Shown: one piece after another, positions 50,612 through 60,611 of the stretch
Position numbering within the stretch: position 1 is the stretch's first letter
Layout: the number at the start of each line of letters is the position of its first letter
DNA from: Sedimentisphaeraceae bacterium JB056
GTDB taxonomy: Bacteria; Planctomycetota; Phycisphaerae; Sedimentisphaerales; Sedimentisphaeraceae
NCBI GenBank assembly: GCA_044440125.1
Contig: JBITAJ010000021.1
Coordinates: 224,001-288,000, forward strand
Length of the DNA stretch: 64,000 nucleotides
Direction of reading: 5' to 3'
Program-made: the position numbers and the translations under genes
Notes under the pieces: generated by a model
What the model was told of the DNA's origin: nothing
What the model saw: only the letters and a program-made list of their open reading frames with translations
Database searches by the model: none

Positions 50612-51676
50612 ATGTATAAGACATGCAAAGCAATAATAATTCAAAAGCCTCTCCACGCAGAAGTCAAAGAAATTAAGCTTCCCGAAGTAACAGACGAAAG
50701 TATCGTAATAAGAACCTTTTACAGTGCAATCAGCAGCGGCACCGAAGTTAAGACATGGAATGGGAAAACTGGAAAATTAGGAGGAGAATTATGGTACCCC
50801 CTTGTTCCGGGTTACGAACAGGTCGGTATAGTGGAATACGTTGGACCAAAAGCCAAAATGAAAACGGCACTCGGAGAGGATATCAAAGTCGGAGACCGTG
50901 TAATGTCGAATGAAATCCGCAATTATCCCGATTATTGTGCTGCTTGGGGCGGACAAGTTGAAATATCTGTAAAAAACTCCTCAACCGCCCCGTCACCATT
51001 TGATATGCCAGCTATTATTCCTGAAAAGCTGAGCTTTCAAGATGCCGTGGTATGTTATCTGGCTGCAGTAGCACAAAAAGGAATCAACAAAGTTGGGATC
51101 AAAGAAGGAGAAACTGTAATAGTAACCGGAATGGGAGCGGTAGGATTATCTGCCCTTCAATTAGCCAAACTTGCCGGTGCTAAAACCATAGCAATTGATA
51201 AGGGACAATGGAAAAGTGACAGAGTAAAAAGTATTGCCGATCACGTAATCTGCCACAATGCATCATACGAAACACTCATACCGATGGTGGCAGACATTAC
51301 AAAAGGACGAATGGCTGATGTTGTGATTGAGGCGACCGGAGACTCAAAAGTAATAAACAATCTCCGCAAACTCACCCGCGATGGCGGCTGGGAAATTGAT
51401 GATGACGGCGCAAGAGTACACCTTCAGGGCGATTACCCCGAACCGGTCTGCCTGACTCCGTATCAGGAATGGTTTAATCGCAATCTAAGACTATCAATGA
51501 GCTGCGCTCTTAGAGCCGGCGACAAAGAAAGCATACTTAAATTAGCATCAGAAGGTAAATTCAATACAGACATACTATGGGACAAAGAAGTTCCTTTAGA
51601 ACAAGCCCCATTTGAGTATGCAGATATTGAGAATAATCGCGACAATAGAATGAAAACACTAATAAAATGGAACTGA
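50612..51676 (+). CDS. Medium-chain (MDR) NAD(P)-dependent dehydrogenase, BchC-like subgroup
   Basis: SAISSGTE, YPLVPGYE, GMGAVG Rossmann motif, ADVVIEATG. Confidence 0.85.
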   Translation: MYKTCKAIIIQKPLHAEVKEIKLPEVTDESIVIRTFYSAISSGTEVKTWNGKTGKLGGELWYPLVPGYEQVGIVEYVGPKAKMKTALGEDIKVGDRVMSNEIRNYPDYCAAWGGQVEISVKNSSTAPSPFDMPAIIPEKLSFQDAVVCYLAAVAQKGINKVGIKEGETVIVTGMGAVGLSALQLAKLAGAKTIAIDKGQWKSDRVKSIADHVICHNASYETLIPMVADITKGRMADVVIEATGDSKVINNLRKLTRDGGWEIDDDGARVHLQGDYPEPVCLTPYQEWFNRNLRLSMSCALRAGDKESILKLASEGKFNTDILWDKEVPLEQAPFEYADIENNRDNRMKTLIKWN

Positions 51677-51682
51677 TAATAT

Positions 51683-53071
51683 ATGAAACCTAAAATAATC
51701 TTTCTTCCGCATGGGAATCTACAATATTCACAGCTTGAGCCGTCCAAACGCAGTTGGGTAATTGAAGAGTGCTACGAAAAACTTTTTGACTTAGTTGATC
51801 GCAAAGGTTATAAAATTGGATTTGAGGCATCCGGCTTTACTGTTGACGCGATTGCCCAACTTTGCCCCAAGGTAATGGACAAGCTTGCCTCTCTAACAAA
51901 ATCTGGACAGATAGAACCTGTAGGCTCGCCTTATATCCATATTATGCTTGGAAATATAGACCCGCAAATTGGCTGCGAAACACTCAAAAAAGGTCGTCAG
52001 ACATGGGAAAAACACACTAATTATTCTCCCAAAGTAGGTTGGAATCCAGAATGCAGTTGGGCAAACTATATTCCTGACATTTTTCTTAATGCAGGTTTTG
52101 AATCATTGGTAATGGACGGCGACTCTTTCTTGCTGTCATTCGATGAAATACGCCAAACAACCGGTCTGGAATTTGATGTTGCGGGTCATAGTAACAAAAA
52201 CAAGTTATTTAAGATTGAAGAATTCATCAAAAATAAGCCGGATTTCCTAAAATTCATAACAAATCCTTCAGTAGCTCCAAACGGACTGAAAATGATATTC
52301 CGCAGCGATATGATGGCAAATCCTATGCTGTGGTACTTAATGGGTGCAACTGAAGGTGTCCGTGACAAACCTATTGCAATTAAAGAAATAAGAGAAAGTC
52401 TGACTAACTGGAAAGAACGTATAGCTGACAGTGGAAGTTTTATAATGCCTTTTGCTGAGGACGCCGAATATATTGGCTCCAGTGCTTATTTTTACGTTAA
52501 GCAGTTCAATCAAGCCCGTTTCTTTGAATCTGAACCGAAAAGTGTTGACCGCTTTGAAGAAATGCTTGATCACGCAATAGATTTGGGATACGAGCTGTGT
52601 ACGCCAAGTGAAGTAATTTCATCTTCTGACAAAATCATATCGAACGACAAGATTTCAGAAATTGAAAGTGGAATAGCTTGGCATGGTGGAACATCAAAAG
52701 CATGGGCAAACACAGAACAAGCTCGTATTCTTGACCCTACCTGCCGTATGATATTTGAAGGAATCAAAACTATTGCACAAAATATCGGCAAAAGTATTGA
52801 TTCTCTTGATGGCAATTTAAGGTTAGCACTTGAAAGCTTGACAGGTGCATATGTCAGTGATTCTCGCTGGCCCCCGGCACCCACAAGTCCGGGAAGATTT
52901 AATGTTCGCGAAACATTGGATGATCTTTACCAGTCCAACGAGTTTGCTGCTCAGGCGATGAAAGACTATAATATTGAGACTCGGAAAAGCTTATATTCAC
53001 CAACATTAATGAAAACGCAAATAGCATCTGTCGAAAAACAGCTCATGGCTATGAAATATTTTGGTGAATAG
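51683..53071 (+). CDS. GH57-like protein (GH57/GH38 N-terminal barrel)
   Basis: HGNLQY, EPVGSPYIH, GWNPE (nucleophile-like), EDAE (acid/base-like), VSDSRW. Confidence 0.7.
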   Translation: MKPKIIFLPHGNLQYSQLEPSKRSWVIEECYEKLFDLVDRKGYKIGFEASGFTVDAIAQLCPKVMDKLASLTKSGQIEPVGSPYIHIMLGNIDPQIGCETLKKGRQTWEKHTNYSPKVGWNPECSWANYIPDIFLNAGFESLVMDGDSFLLSFDEIRQTTGLEFDVAGHSNKNKLFKIEEFIKNKPDFLKFITNPSVAPNGLKMIFRSDMMANPMLWYLMGATEGVRDKPIAIKEIRESLTNWKERIADSGSFIMPFAEDAEYIGSSAYFYVKQFNQARFFESEPKSVDRFEEMLDHAIDLGYELCTPSEVISSSDKIISNDKISEIESGIAWHGGTSKAWANTEQARILDPTCRMIFEGIKTIAQNIGKSIDSLDGNLRLALESLTGAYVSDSRWPPAPTSPGRFNVRETLDDLYQSNEFAAQAMKDYNIETRKSLYSPTLMKTQIASVEKQLMAMKYFGE

Positions 53072-53124
53072 CAATAAATCAAAACATTTCAGCATCTGAA
53101 AAATAACGCATACGAAAACAACCT

Positions 53125-54069
53125 ATGAAAGATAAAAACGTGAATAGAGATTATGAACAGCCTATCTTGCCTGATGATTTTCATGAGTACTGGCAAAAAG
53201 GATTAGATGAACTCCAATCAATAGACATCAATTTGCAAATACAAAAGGCGGAATTTCAGACTGAAAAAGTTGAGTGTTTTGATATGTATTTTACGGGAAC
53301 TAAAGGAGCAAGAATTTATTCAAAGCTCCTTAAACCCCGAAATATCGAAGCTAAAGCGCCGGCTGTTATTAAATTTCATGGACTCGGTGGGGATAGCGGC
53401 GACTGGTATGAAAAACTTGGATATGCCTCTGAAGGATTTGTTGTTGCGGCAATGGATTGTAGAGGACAAGGCGGCAAATCTGAAGATACCGGTAACGTAA
53501 AAGGCTCAACCATCCTTGGACATATCACAAGAGGGCTTGATGACAATGCCAACAATCTACTCTACAGACAAATATATCTTGATGCGGCTATGCTTGCCAT
53601 GATAATAATGAACTTTGAATATGTTGATGCAAACAGAGTTGGTGTTTACGGCGGAAGTCAGGGAGGAGCATTGGCCCTGGCCTGTGCATCTCTAATAGAA
53701 AAAATCAAAATGGTTGCGGTTTGGTTTCCATTCTTGTGTAACATCCAAAAAGTCTACAATATGGACATCAACAGTGCCGCTTATAATGAAATAAAAGATT
53801 TCTTCAGAAAATTTGATAAGACACATGAAAGAGAACACGAGATATTCACAAAACTGGGCTATATTGACATAATTAATTTAGTCCCGAATATTAAGGTAGA
53901 AGTGCTGTTTTTCGCATCAATGAACGACAATATCTGCCCTCCCTGTACACAAATCGCAGCATTTGATAAAATCAAAAGCAAAAAACAAATACTAAAGTAC
54001 AAAGACTATTCCCACGAAGAAATTCCTGGATGTAATGATCTAATATTCCAGTTTTTCTCAAAACTATAA
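53125..54069 (+). CDS. Acetylxylan esterase / cephalosporin-C deacetylase (CE7)
   Basis: PDDFHEYW, DCRGQGG, GGSQGG, DNICPP, HE motifs. Confidence 0.9.
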   Translation: MKDKNVNRDYEQPILPDDFHEYWQKGLDELQSIDINLQIQKAEFQTEKVECFDMYFTGTKGARIYSKLLKPRNIEAKAPAVIKFHGLGGDSGDWYEKLGYASEGFVVAAMDCRGQGGKSEDTGNVKGSTILGHITRGLDDNANNLLYRQIYLDAAMLAMIIMNFEYVDANRVGVYGGSQGGALALACASLIEKIKMVAVWFPFLCNIQKVYNMDINSAAYNEIKDFFRKFDKTHEREHEIFTKLGYIDIINLVPNIKVEVLFFASMNDNICPPCTQIAAFDKIKSKKQILKYKDYSHEEIPGCNDLIFQFFSKL

Positions 54070-54076
54070 AAGACTA

Positions 54077-54120
54077 ACAAGTCAGTATCCACTGCAAATT
54101 GACGAACTTTCTGACGAACT
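54077..54120 (+). repeat. 44-bp direct repeat, copy 2
   Basis: ACAAGTCAGTATCCACTGCAAATTGACGAACTTTCTGACGAACT, starting 8 bp after the CE7 stop codon. Confidence 0.95.
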
Positions 54121-54368
54121 ATTTAAAATATTTCACTAAGTGTCATACATACGCTACAGAGATATAACCTCATCCGAAATGTATTGTTACCACATGACTT
54201 TAGCTGCAAGGTAAATCCAAAATGTCATTATCATTGAATCCTGTAATCAAAACTTTAGACAAACTAAAATGCTTGCTAATTTTATCAATTGCTAAAAAAT
54301 CATCTCTAAAACCCCTTACGGATGAAATACCTTGTAATAATCACTAACTTCTGTATTATTTACTGGCT

Positions 54369-54512
54369 ATGAAACAGAAATTTCTAATCGCAATGGCATC
54401 CTGTATTGCCTATTGTATCAACAAAGAACTCTACCGGGCAATTGATTATCTCAAAGCTCAGTTAGAAGTACTCCTTGAAAAACAACAAAAACAGAACAAG
54501 CGAATCTGCTTA
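54369..54512 (+). pseudogene. N-terminal remnant of a planctomycete integrase-core (rve-type) transposase
   Basis: MKQKFLIAMASCIAYCINKELYRAIDYLKAQLEVLLEKQQKQNKRICL resembles the IN...IEYL.E..VL.E....KRI.L N-terminus I recall for these transposases; resemblance ends at the glycerate kinase stop. Confidence 0.55.
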
Positions 54513-54516
54513 AGCT

Positions 54517-55635
54517 TCAAAACATGTAACGACTTGCAAGTTTTGAAGCGATTCTTTTCAGATGCTGCTTTGGAAAATTTAGAACTTCATCAATTCCAAA
54601 TTCATCATCCACACACCCAATTGCATCTGTAATCGCGTATCTTGTCAATTTACTTTTGGGTACTTCAAGACTGCCTGCGAGAACATATAGAGGCTTAGAA
54701 TGCTTTTTTGCACGCTTGGCAATGCCGCTAACAACTTTACCATCGAGAGATTGCATATCAAACCGGCCTTCACCGGTTACAACAATATCCGAGTCCAAAA
54801 TCATCTTATCAACATTGCTCAAATCAGCGATGGTGTCGATTCCTGAAACTAAACTTGCATTCATAAAAGCGATTGCTCCGCCAGCAAGACCACCCGAGGC
54901 CCCTGCTCCTAAAACGTTAATATCCATACCAAGCTTTGCTTTGACTATTTCAGCAAGATTTGACATACCTTTCTCAAGAAGCTCGACAGAAGCCTCATCT
55001 GCACCTTTTTGCGGTCCAAAAATCCTTGCTGCTCCTTTTTCTCCAAGAAGTGGATTATCCACGTCGCAAAGCACCTCGACAGGCGGCAGCAAAAATGGTT
55101 CCGGTTTAACAATAGACACAATCCTGTCAAGCATTGCTCCACCATAGACAAGCTCTCTACCGTCAGAATCAAGAAACTTCCACCCTAAAGCTGCGGCTGC
55201 TCCAATCCCCCCGTCAACCGTGCAGCTGCCACCTACAGCAAGCAGAATTTTAGACGGATTCAAATCACAGGCAGCCCTGATAAGCTCTCCAACACCATAA
55301 GTCGTTGCTTTCAAGGGATCAAGTTCATTTTCTGCCAAGAGCGGCAGCCCAGCAGTCTTCGCCATTTCAACTACAGCAACGCGAGTACTCGGAAGCCAAA
55401 GAAAACAGGCATTTACCTTTCTATCAGAAAATGGACCTGTAACTTCAACATCAACACTGCGACAATCCAAACTGCAAGCAATTGCCTCAATACTTCCCTC
55501 GCCACCATCGGCAATTGGAACGCTGAGAATCTCCGCATCACATATAATATCCCGAATCCCCTCAGATACTGCATTACAAGCCTCAATAGAGCTTAGAGTA
55601 CCCTTGAAAGAATCCATTAAGACCGCAATCTTCAT
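54517..55635 (-). CDS. glxK: Glycerate kinase (GlxK/GarK family)
   Basis: DSFKGTL, PIADGGEG, GGSCTVDGG, DVDNPL, FGPQKGA, TGEGRFD.QSL.GK. Confidence 0.92.
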   Translation of the reverse strand: MKIAVLMDSFKGTLSSIEACNAVSEGIRDIICDAEILSVPIADGGEGSIEAIACSLDCRSVDVEVTGPFSDRKVNACFLWLPSTRVAVVEMAKTAGLPLLAENELDPLKATTYGVGELIRAACDLNPSKILLAVGGSCTVDGGIGAAAALGWKFLDSDGRELVYGGAMLDRIVSIVKPEPFLLPPVEVLCDVDNPLLGEKGAARIFGPQKGADEASVELLEKGMSNLAEIVKAKLGMDINVLGAGASGGLAGGAIAFMNASLVSGIDTIADLSNVDKMILDSDIVVTGEGRFDMQSLDGKVVSGIAKRAKKHSKPLYVLAGSLEVPKSKLTRYAITDAIGCVDDEFGIDEVLNFPKQHLKRIASKLASRYMF

Positions 55636-55654
55636 CTTTAATCAACACTTTCGT

Positions 55655-56602
55655 TTATGATACCACGTTTACAGGTTTCCCTGCAACAAATGCTTCAATA
55701 TTACTTATTGCAACAGACATCAATCTCGCTCTGGCAGAATGCGTAGCCCATGCAATATGCGGAGTTATATAGCAATTATCTGCAGAAAAAAGTGGATTGT
55801 CACGAGAAGGAGGTTCCGTTGAAAGAACATCCAACCCAGCACCAGCTATCAATCCATCATTAAGGGCATTTGCCAAATCTGCCTCATTTACCAGCGATCC
55901 CCTGCTTGTGTTAATCAGAAATGATGTTTTCTTCATCTTTTCGAGGCAATTCTTATCTATCAGTTCTCTTGTATTTTCAGTAAGAGGGCAATGAAGACTC
56001 ACAACATCACTTCTGCTGAGAAGGAAGTCCATATCAACAAGCTCTATTAGATCAGATTCTGCAGCACCTGGATCGTAACCAATAACTTTCATACCAAAAG
56101 CCTTGGCTATTATAGCTACATTCCTGCCTATCCTTCCACACCCTATCAATCCAAGAGTAAGCCCGTTTAGTTCAATCAAAGGCTTATCCCAATAGCAAAA
56201 GCTGTCGCACTCTGCCCATTTTCCTGCATAAACACTACAGGAATGATAACCTACATGCTGGCTCAATTCCAGTAATAAAGAAAATACCATCTGTGCTACA
56301 GACAATGTGCCATATTCAGGCACGTTAGTAACAACAACGCCACGACTTGCAGCCTCCTTTATATCAACAACATCATAACCGGTCGCCGTAACACTTATCA
56401 TCTTCAAATCAGGCAGAGCTTCAAACATATCCTTATCGAACACGACTTTATTGTTTACTACAATATCCGCATCTTTACATCTCTCAATACATTCCTGCCT
56501 TGTACTGTTATCGTAGATTTCACACTCTCCTATCCTTGAAAGCAACTCCCAGTCAAGGTCTCCAGGATTCAATGTAACACCATCAGTAACTACTATCTTC
56601 AT
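55655..56602 (-). CDS. hprA: D-2-hydroxyacid dehydrogenase (glycerate dehydrogenase/hydroxypyruvate reductase type)
   Basis: TLNPGDLDW, ATGYDVVD, GCGRIG, SLHCPL, INTSRG, DVLSTEP, TPHIAW. Confidence 0.85.
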   Translation of the reverse strand: MKIVVTDGVTLNPGDLDWELLSRIGECEIYDNSTRQECIERCKDADIVVNNKVVFDKDMFEALPDLKMISVTATGYDVVDIKEAASRGVVVTNVPEYGTLSVAQMVFSLLLELSQHVGYHSCSVYAGKWAECDSFCYWDKPLIELNGLTLGLIGCGRIGRNVAIIAKAFGMKVIGYDPGAAESDLIELVDMDFLLSRSDVVSLHCPLTENTRELIDKNCLEKMKKTSFLINTSRGSLVNEADLANALNDGLIAGAGLDVLSTEPPSRDNPLFSADNCYITPHIAWATHSARARLMSVAISNIEAFVAGKPVNVVS

Positions 56603-56707
56603 AATACTTCTCTTTCCATGCTCTAACTAAATCAAATAAAGCGAGGCGAATAAGCAAATACCCAGCTCGCTGTTCAATTCTAATACTTTAGACGATATAC
56701 GATTTTC

Positions 56708-58033
56708 TTATTTGCTATCTACTTCAATTATCTCTTTTAGCTTTACAATGTCAACATCAGCGACACAAGATTCATTGCGTGCAGCCATTGCCGCAGCAAC
56801 GCCTGCCGCCTCTCCGGTGGTCATACATACCGGCATAACACGTGCAGAACTTGCAGCAATATGTGATGCACTTATCGCCCTGCCTGCAACAAGATAGTTG
56901 CGGCAATCTTTTGATTGCAGACATCTGTAAGGTATACCGTAACACTCTCCTTCAGGAAGCCTTCGCATGTCAGTGCCCTCTGAGTCAGGTGAATGTGCAT
57001 CTATGTAATAAGCTACTTTAGCTATCTGATCGTCAAATTTCCGGCATTCAACTACATCGTCTTCAACCAATCTGTATGGTCCTATAACACGTCTCGTCTC
57101 ACGTACTCCAAGCTGAGGACTGGTCTTTACCAACTGTACATTTTCAAAACCAGGCAGATATTTCCGCATAAATTCCACCGCATCAGCAACTTGCTTTCTA
57201 CCCTCTAATTCTGCTTTTGTTACTTCAAGCGAATTGGTAGCATCGTAACCAACCATACGTGTACCGTTAACAGTGACCATCCACGGACATCTCGGGTCAG
57301 CCCAGATCAGGCAAAAACACTCCTTAGGTATTTTCCATTCGTTGTTGTCTTTCGCCATTTTAATGTATTTCAGTAAGTTGGGATCGCCATCGCCCCACCA
57401 GACATATTTATTATCGACAACTTCGCAACCGCCAGCTCTTGCTTTCTCCAAATCCACTGGACCTACCGAATATATCTGAGTCATAGGTTGGCACTGATTA
57501 TCCTGCGGCCTGCCAACTTCAGTTTCCAAACCTGCAAAGAATGCAAGATCTGCATCACCTGTAGCATCAATGAATACTTTCGAAGCAAACTTGTATTTTT
57601 TATTCGATCTTCCTGTAGCTGTTATCGACTCAATCGTACCATTATTAAAGGCTGCTCCTTCAAGAGTAAGATGATAGTAAATATCAACTCCCGACTCAAC
57701 AAGCATATCATCACAGGCTTTTTTAATATCTTCGGTATTAGCCACTACACTTTTGGCTATTTCAGTACTGGCATAAGCCGCACCATCTTTTATCATACCA
57801 TCAATCAATTCATTGTATATATTACTGGCAAGGTTTCGTGTTCCGGCATGTTCATTCATGTAAACACTAACTCCGCCTGCAGTTGCCATACCGCCGCAAA
57901 AACCGTATCTCTCAATCAAGGTAGTCTTAGCACCTTGTCTGGCTGAAGCTACTGCTGCAGCAAAACCTGCCGGCCCGCCGCCTATAACAACTACTTCATA
58001 CGAAAATTCTAACATAATTATCCTTTCAATCAT
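56708..58033 (-). CDS. FAD-dependent oxidoreductase (FAD_oxidored family)
   Basis: GGGPAG, IDATGDADLA, GVRETRR, YGIPYRCL, AGRAIS, RVMP.CM..GEAAG. Confidence 0.9.
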   Translation of the reverse strand: MIERIIMLEFSYEVVVIGGGPAGFAAAVASARQGAKTTLIERYGFCGGMATAGGVSVYMNEHAGTRNLASNIYNELIDGMIKDGAAYASTEIAKSVVANTEDIKKACDDMLVESGVDIYYHLTLEGAAFNNGTIESITATGRSNKKYKFASKVFIDATGDADLAFFAGLETEVGRPQDNQCQPMTQIYSVGPVDLEKARAGGCEVVDNKYVWWGDGDPNLLKYIKMAKDNNEWKIPKECFCLIWADPRCPWMVTVNGTRMVGYDATNSLEVTKAELEGRKQVADAVEFMRKYLPGFENVQLVKTSPQLGVRETRRVIGPYRLVEDDVVECRKFDDQIAKVAYYIDAHSPDSEGTDMRRLPEGECYGIPYRCLQSKDCRNYLVAGRAISASHIAASSARVMPVCMTTGEAAGVAAAMAARNESCVADVDIVKLKEIIEVDSK

Positions 58034-60263
58034 TCTCTAAAAGATCTATAACATTCAACTTTTTATATTCTGCGTTTAAGGATATTCCTACCCTTTTAGA
58101 TTCACTTGTATCAAGATTCCAATCTTTTATTTTAGTATATACATCTGAATAATTGCCTTCAGAATACGCTTCCGGTTCTATCAAAACTTTATGTTCAAGA
58201 TTGATGTTGCTGGCTGAAATCAAATTTGTAAAATCAAATTCAATATCAACTACCGAATCAGCAGGATCATGATTAATAACATTTATCCTGAATTTCTTGT
58301 CGCCAATCTTCAACACCGTAATTTCTGCAACTCCATTCCCTGAACGCCAATCAAGAGTCATATCAGGATATACAAGTTCAGCATTTCTCAAACCGTAAGC
58401 CTCTATGATATAAGGAACTCTATCCATACACCAGCCTTGATAGCTGCTCGAAGGATTGTTAGGCATAAGATTTGGAAGTAAACCATACGTTAAAATATGA
58501 GATATATACTCATAATCATTCTTCAAACTACCGGTACTTTGGTCTGTCCAGTATAAAACGGATGTATATCCATGAGGTGGCTGCCACAATTTTGCACGCT
58601 CCATCGCATCGGAAAGAATTCTCCAGTTTTCATCAAGCCATAAATCAGGTTGCGCAAGCTCCTCAACAATAAAGTCTGAAACAAAACACTGACCATTATT
58701 AACTTGCATTTTAGGCGACAAATCGGAAGCATGAACACTCTGATAAACACCCTTAAAAAGCTGATGCCAGCTTTTCCAATCAGTAACACTGTTGTGAGCC
58801 CAATCCTTATACAAAAGATACTTTCCGTCACCACCATCAACATAATTGAAATCAAGAGGCACATTCTGATACCATAATTCTGTCATATGGGAACAGTAAT
58901 CACGTGCAGCAACATCGTTTATATTTCTTAATATGCGGGATGGCTCGGTATACAGGTATTCACCGTAATGATTCTTAGCCTTCCAGTCATCATGCAACAT
59001 CGACTCTTCTGAATTTTCGTCTATCGTCCAATGATACCCTATATAATGACCAAACTTAATTTTGGGACAATCTCGCCTTGTAAGAGAAAGTCCACTTATC
59101 GTCCAATCTTTATCCGCCTGTTGAGCAGGAATCGGTTGACAATAGGGCTCTCTTGCTATTGTGCCGTATTCACCCTCGAAAGTCTCTCCACCAGATTGCA
59201 TACTTGCACCCCAGTAAACTACAAGATAATAGCCGGGTAATGAATTTGACAACACACCAACACTGTTCTTAAAATTATAATAATTCAATAATTGCGAGGG
59301 TTCATATACAAACCCCGTAATGCAGACTTGCCCCAGCCAGCTGGGCATCTCAAGCCCCTGCCATATCTCTTGACGCAAACTGCTGACTTTTTCAAGTTGA
59401 GGCCATTGACGCAGCATTTTTGATGGGGATCCAATATCCCCCATAATAGCAACCTCATATTCAATGCTCTCTCCATCTCCAATATAGCCGTAGTAACTGG
59501 ACTGCTCCCAGCCTCCCGGAATATAGAACGATGCTCCACCGTTCATTGACTCAGGAAAAACAGGATACGCGTCTCTTGTATAGGATAATGTTCCAATAAA
59601 AGAACCTTTATTGGAAAAAGATATCATCTGGCTGTTAAGTTCTTCAGATCGAAGGCTTCTGACCCTCTCTCTGGAAGAAATCAGTTCTGAGTTCCTATAA
59701 TCAAAGTTTGGAACATAGTAATCGCCTTGCTTATAGTAATTTTCATATAACTCTACAGATGTCATTGCTGAGAGAAAAAAGCCCTCTCCAGAATTATTTT
59801 CAATCACCACTTTTTTCAACAGAATATCATTTTCCCAGTAATACTCTATCGTATGCTTAAATCCATTTTCAGAAAGTCCAGGATTTTCAACTCTAAAATA
59901 TGACCTGTATGGGCTGTATTCGTCATATACAACAGAATTTTCTGTCTCATTAACTGAGAAAAAGTCATTATCGTTTTGGAAAAACCAGCGATCATGAACA
60001 GCAGAGATACTTTTAACCGTTCCTATCTTAACCTCTGAAATGTTGCCGGTCATCGAATCGATTGATACAGAGAAATCATCTTTCCACATTTGCATATTGA
60101 TAGAATACACCGTCGTGATTGCAAAGCAGCAGATCACCGACACGCATTTCTGAACGAAATTAATGTCCACCGACACCCGCATCTTTACTGTTCCAATACC
60201 ACATATAATTTGAACCTGAATGATGCATAGCCTTAACATCATTAGATAAATAGAGCCAATCAT
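58026..60263 (-). CDS. Hypothetical secreted protein, possible glycoside hydrolase; true start may be 60182
   Basis: 745-aa ORF; barrel-like segments KFGHYI, HDDWK, DFNYVDGG; hydrophobic leader after M28. Confidence 0.45.
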   Translation of the reverse strand: MIGSIYLMMLRLCIIQVQIICGIGTVKMRVSVDINFVQKCVSVICCFAITTVYSINMQMWKDDFSVSIDSMTGNISEVKIGTVKSISAVHDRWFFQNDNDFFSVNETENSVVYDEYSPYRSYFRVENPGLSENGFKHTIEYYWENDILLKKVVIENNSGEGFFLSAMTSVELYENYYKQGDYYVPNFDYRNSELISSRERVRSLRSEELNSQMISFSNKGSFIGTLSYTRDAYPVFPESMNGGASFYIPGGWEQSSYYGYIGDGESIEYEVAIMGDIGSPSKMLRQWPQLEKVSSLRQEIWQGLEMPSWLGQVCITGFVYEPSQLLNYYNFKNSVGVLSNSLPGYYLVVYWGASMQSGGETFEGEYGTIAREPYCQPIPAQQADKDWTISGLSLTRRDCPKIKFGHYIGYHWTIDENSEESMLHDDWKAKNHYGEYLYTEPSRILRNINDVAARDYCSHMTELWYQNVPLDFNYVDGGDGKYLLYKDWAHNSVTDWKSWHQLFKGVYQSVHASDLSPKMQVNNGQCFVSDFIVEELAQPDLWLDENWRILSDAMERAKLWQPPHGYTSVLYWTDQSTGSLKNDYEYISHILTYGLLPNLMPNNPSSSYQGWCMDRVPYIIEAYGLRNAELVYPDMTLDWRSGNGVAEITVLKIGDKKFRINVINHDPADSVVDIEFDFTNLISASNINLEHKVLIEPEAYSEGNYSDVYTKIKDWNLDTSESKRVGISLNAEYKKLNVIDLLEND

Positions 60264-60400
60264 ATAGGCTTATTATATTCGATAATCAGGTTTTGACAAT
60301 CGATTTTATCTTGCTTTTACAGTACTAAATTAACACGGCGACATCATAAATCACTTCTGAAAATGGTGTAATCCTATCGTCATTTATTAGGTTCCAACAG

Positions 60401-60434
60401 AAAAAGGCTCTCTGCTGAAATAACAGAGAGCCTT
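60401..60434 (-). terminator. Rho-independent terminator
   Basis: Minus strand AAGGCTCTCTG-9 nt-CAGAGAGCCTT running into a T5 tract. Confidence 0.8.
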
Positions 60435-60611
60435 AAAAACACTTATCAGAATTAAATCCGGTAGACCCTGAATACTATTTTACAACTATACTTTAATCAT
60501 ATCTTAAGCCGCTGAATATTACAGTCTCCGCTAACCCGCAGCTGCGAAGGGGCCTGTTCAGGCTCAAAGGTCATAATTAAGTAAGTATCTGTCAATATTC
60601 CCCGATAGAGC

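Noticed and set aside
54369..54632. 87-aa ORF as an intact gene
   Set aside because: Its last ~40 codons are antisense read-through into glxK; only the N-terminal part looks meaningful.
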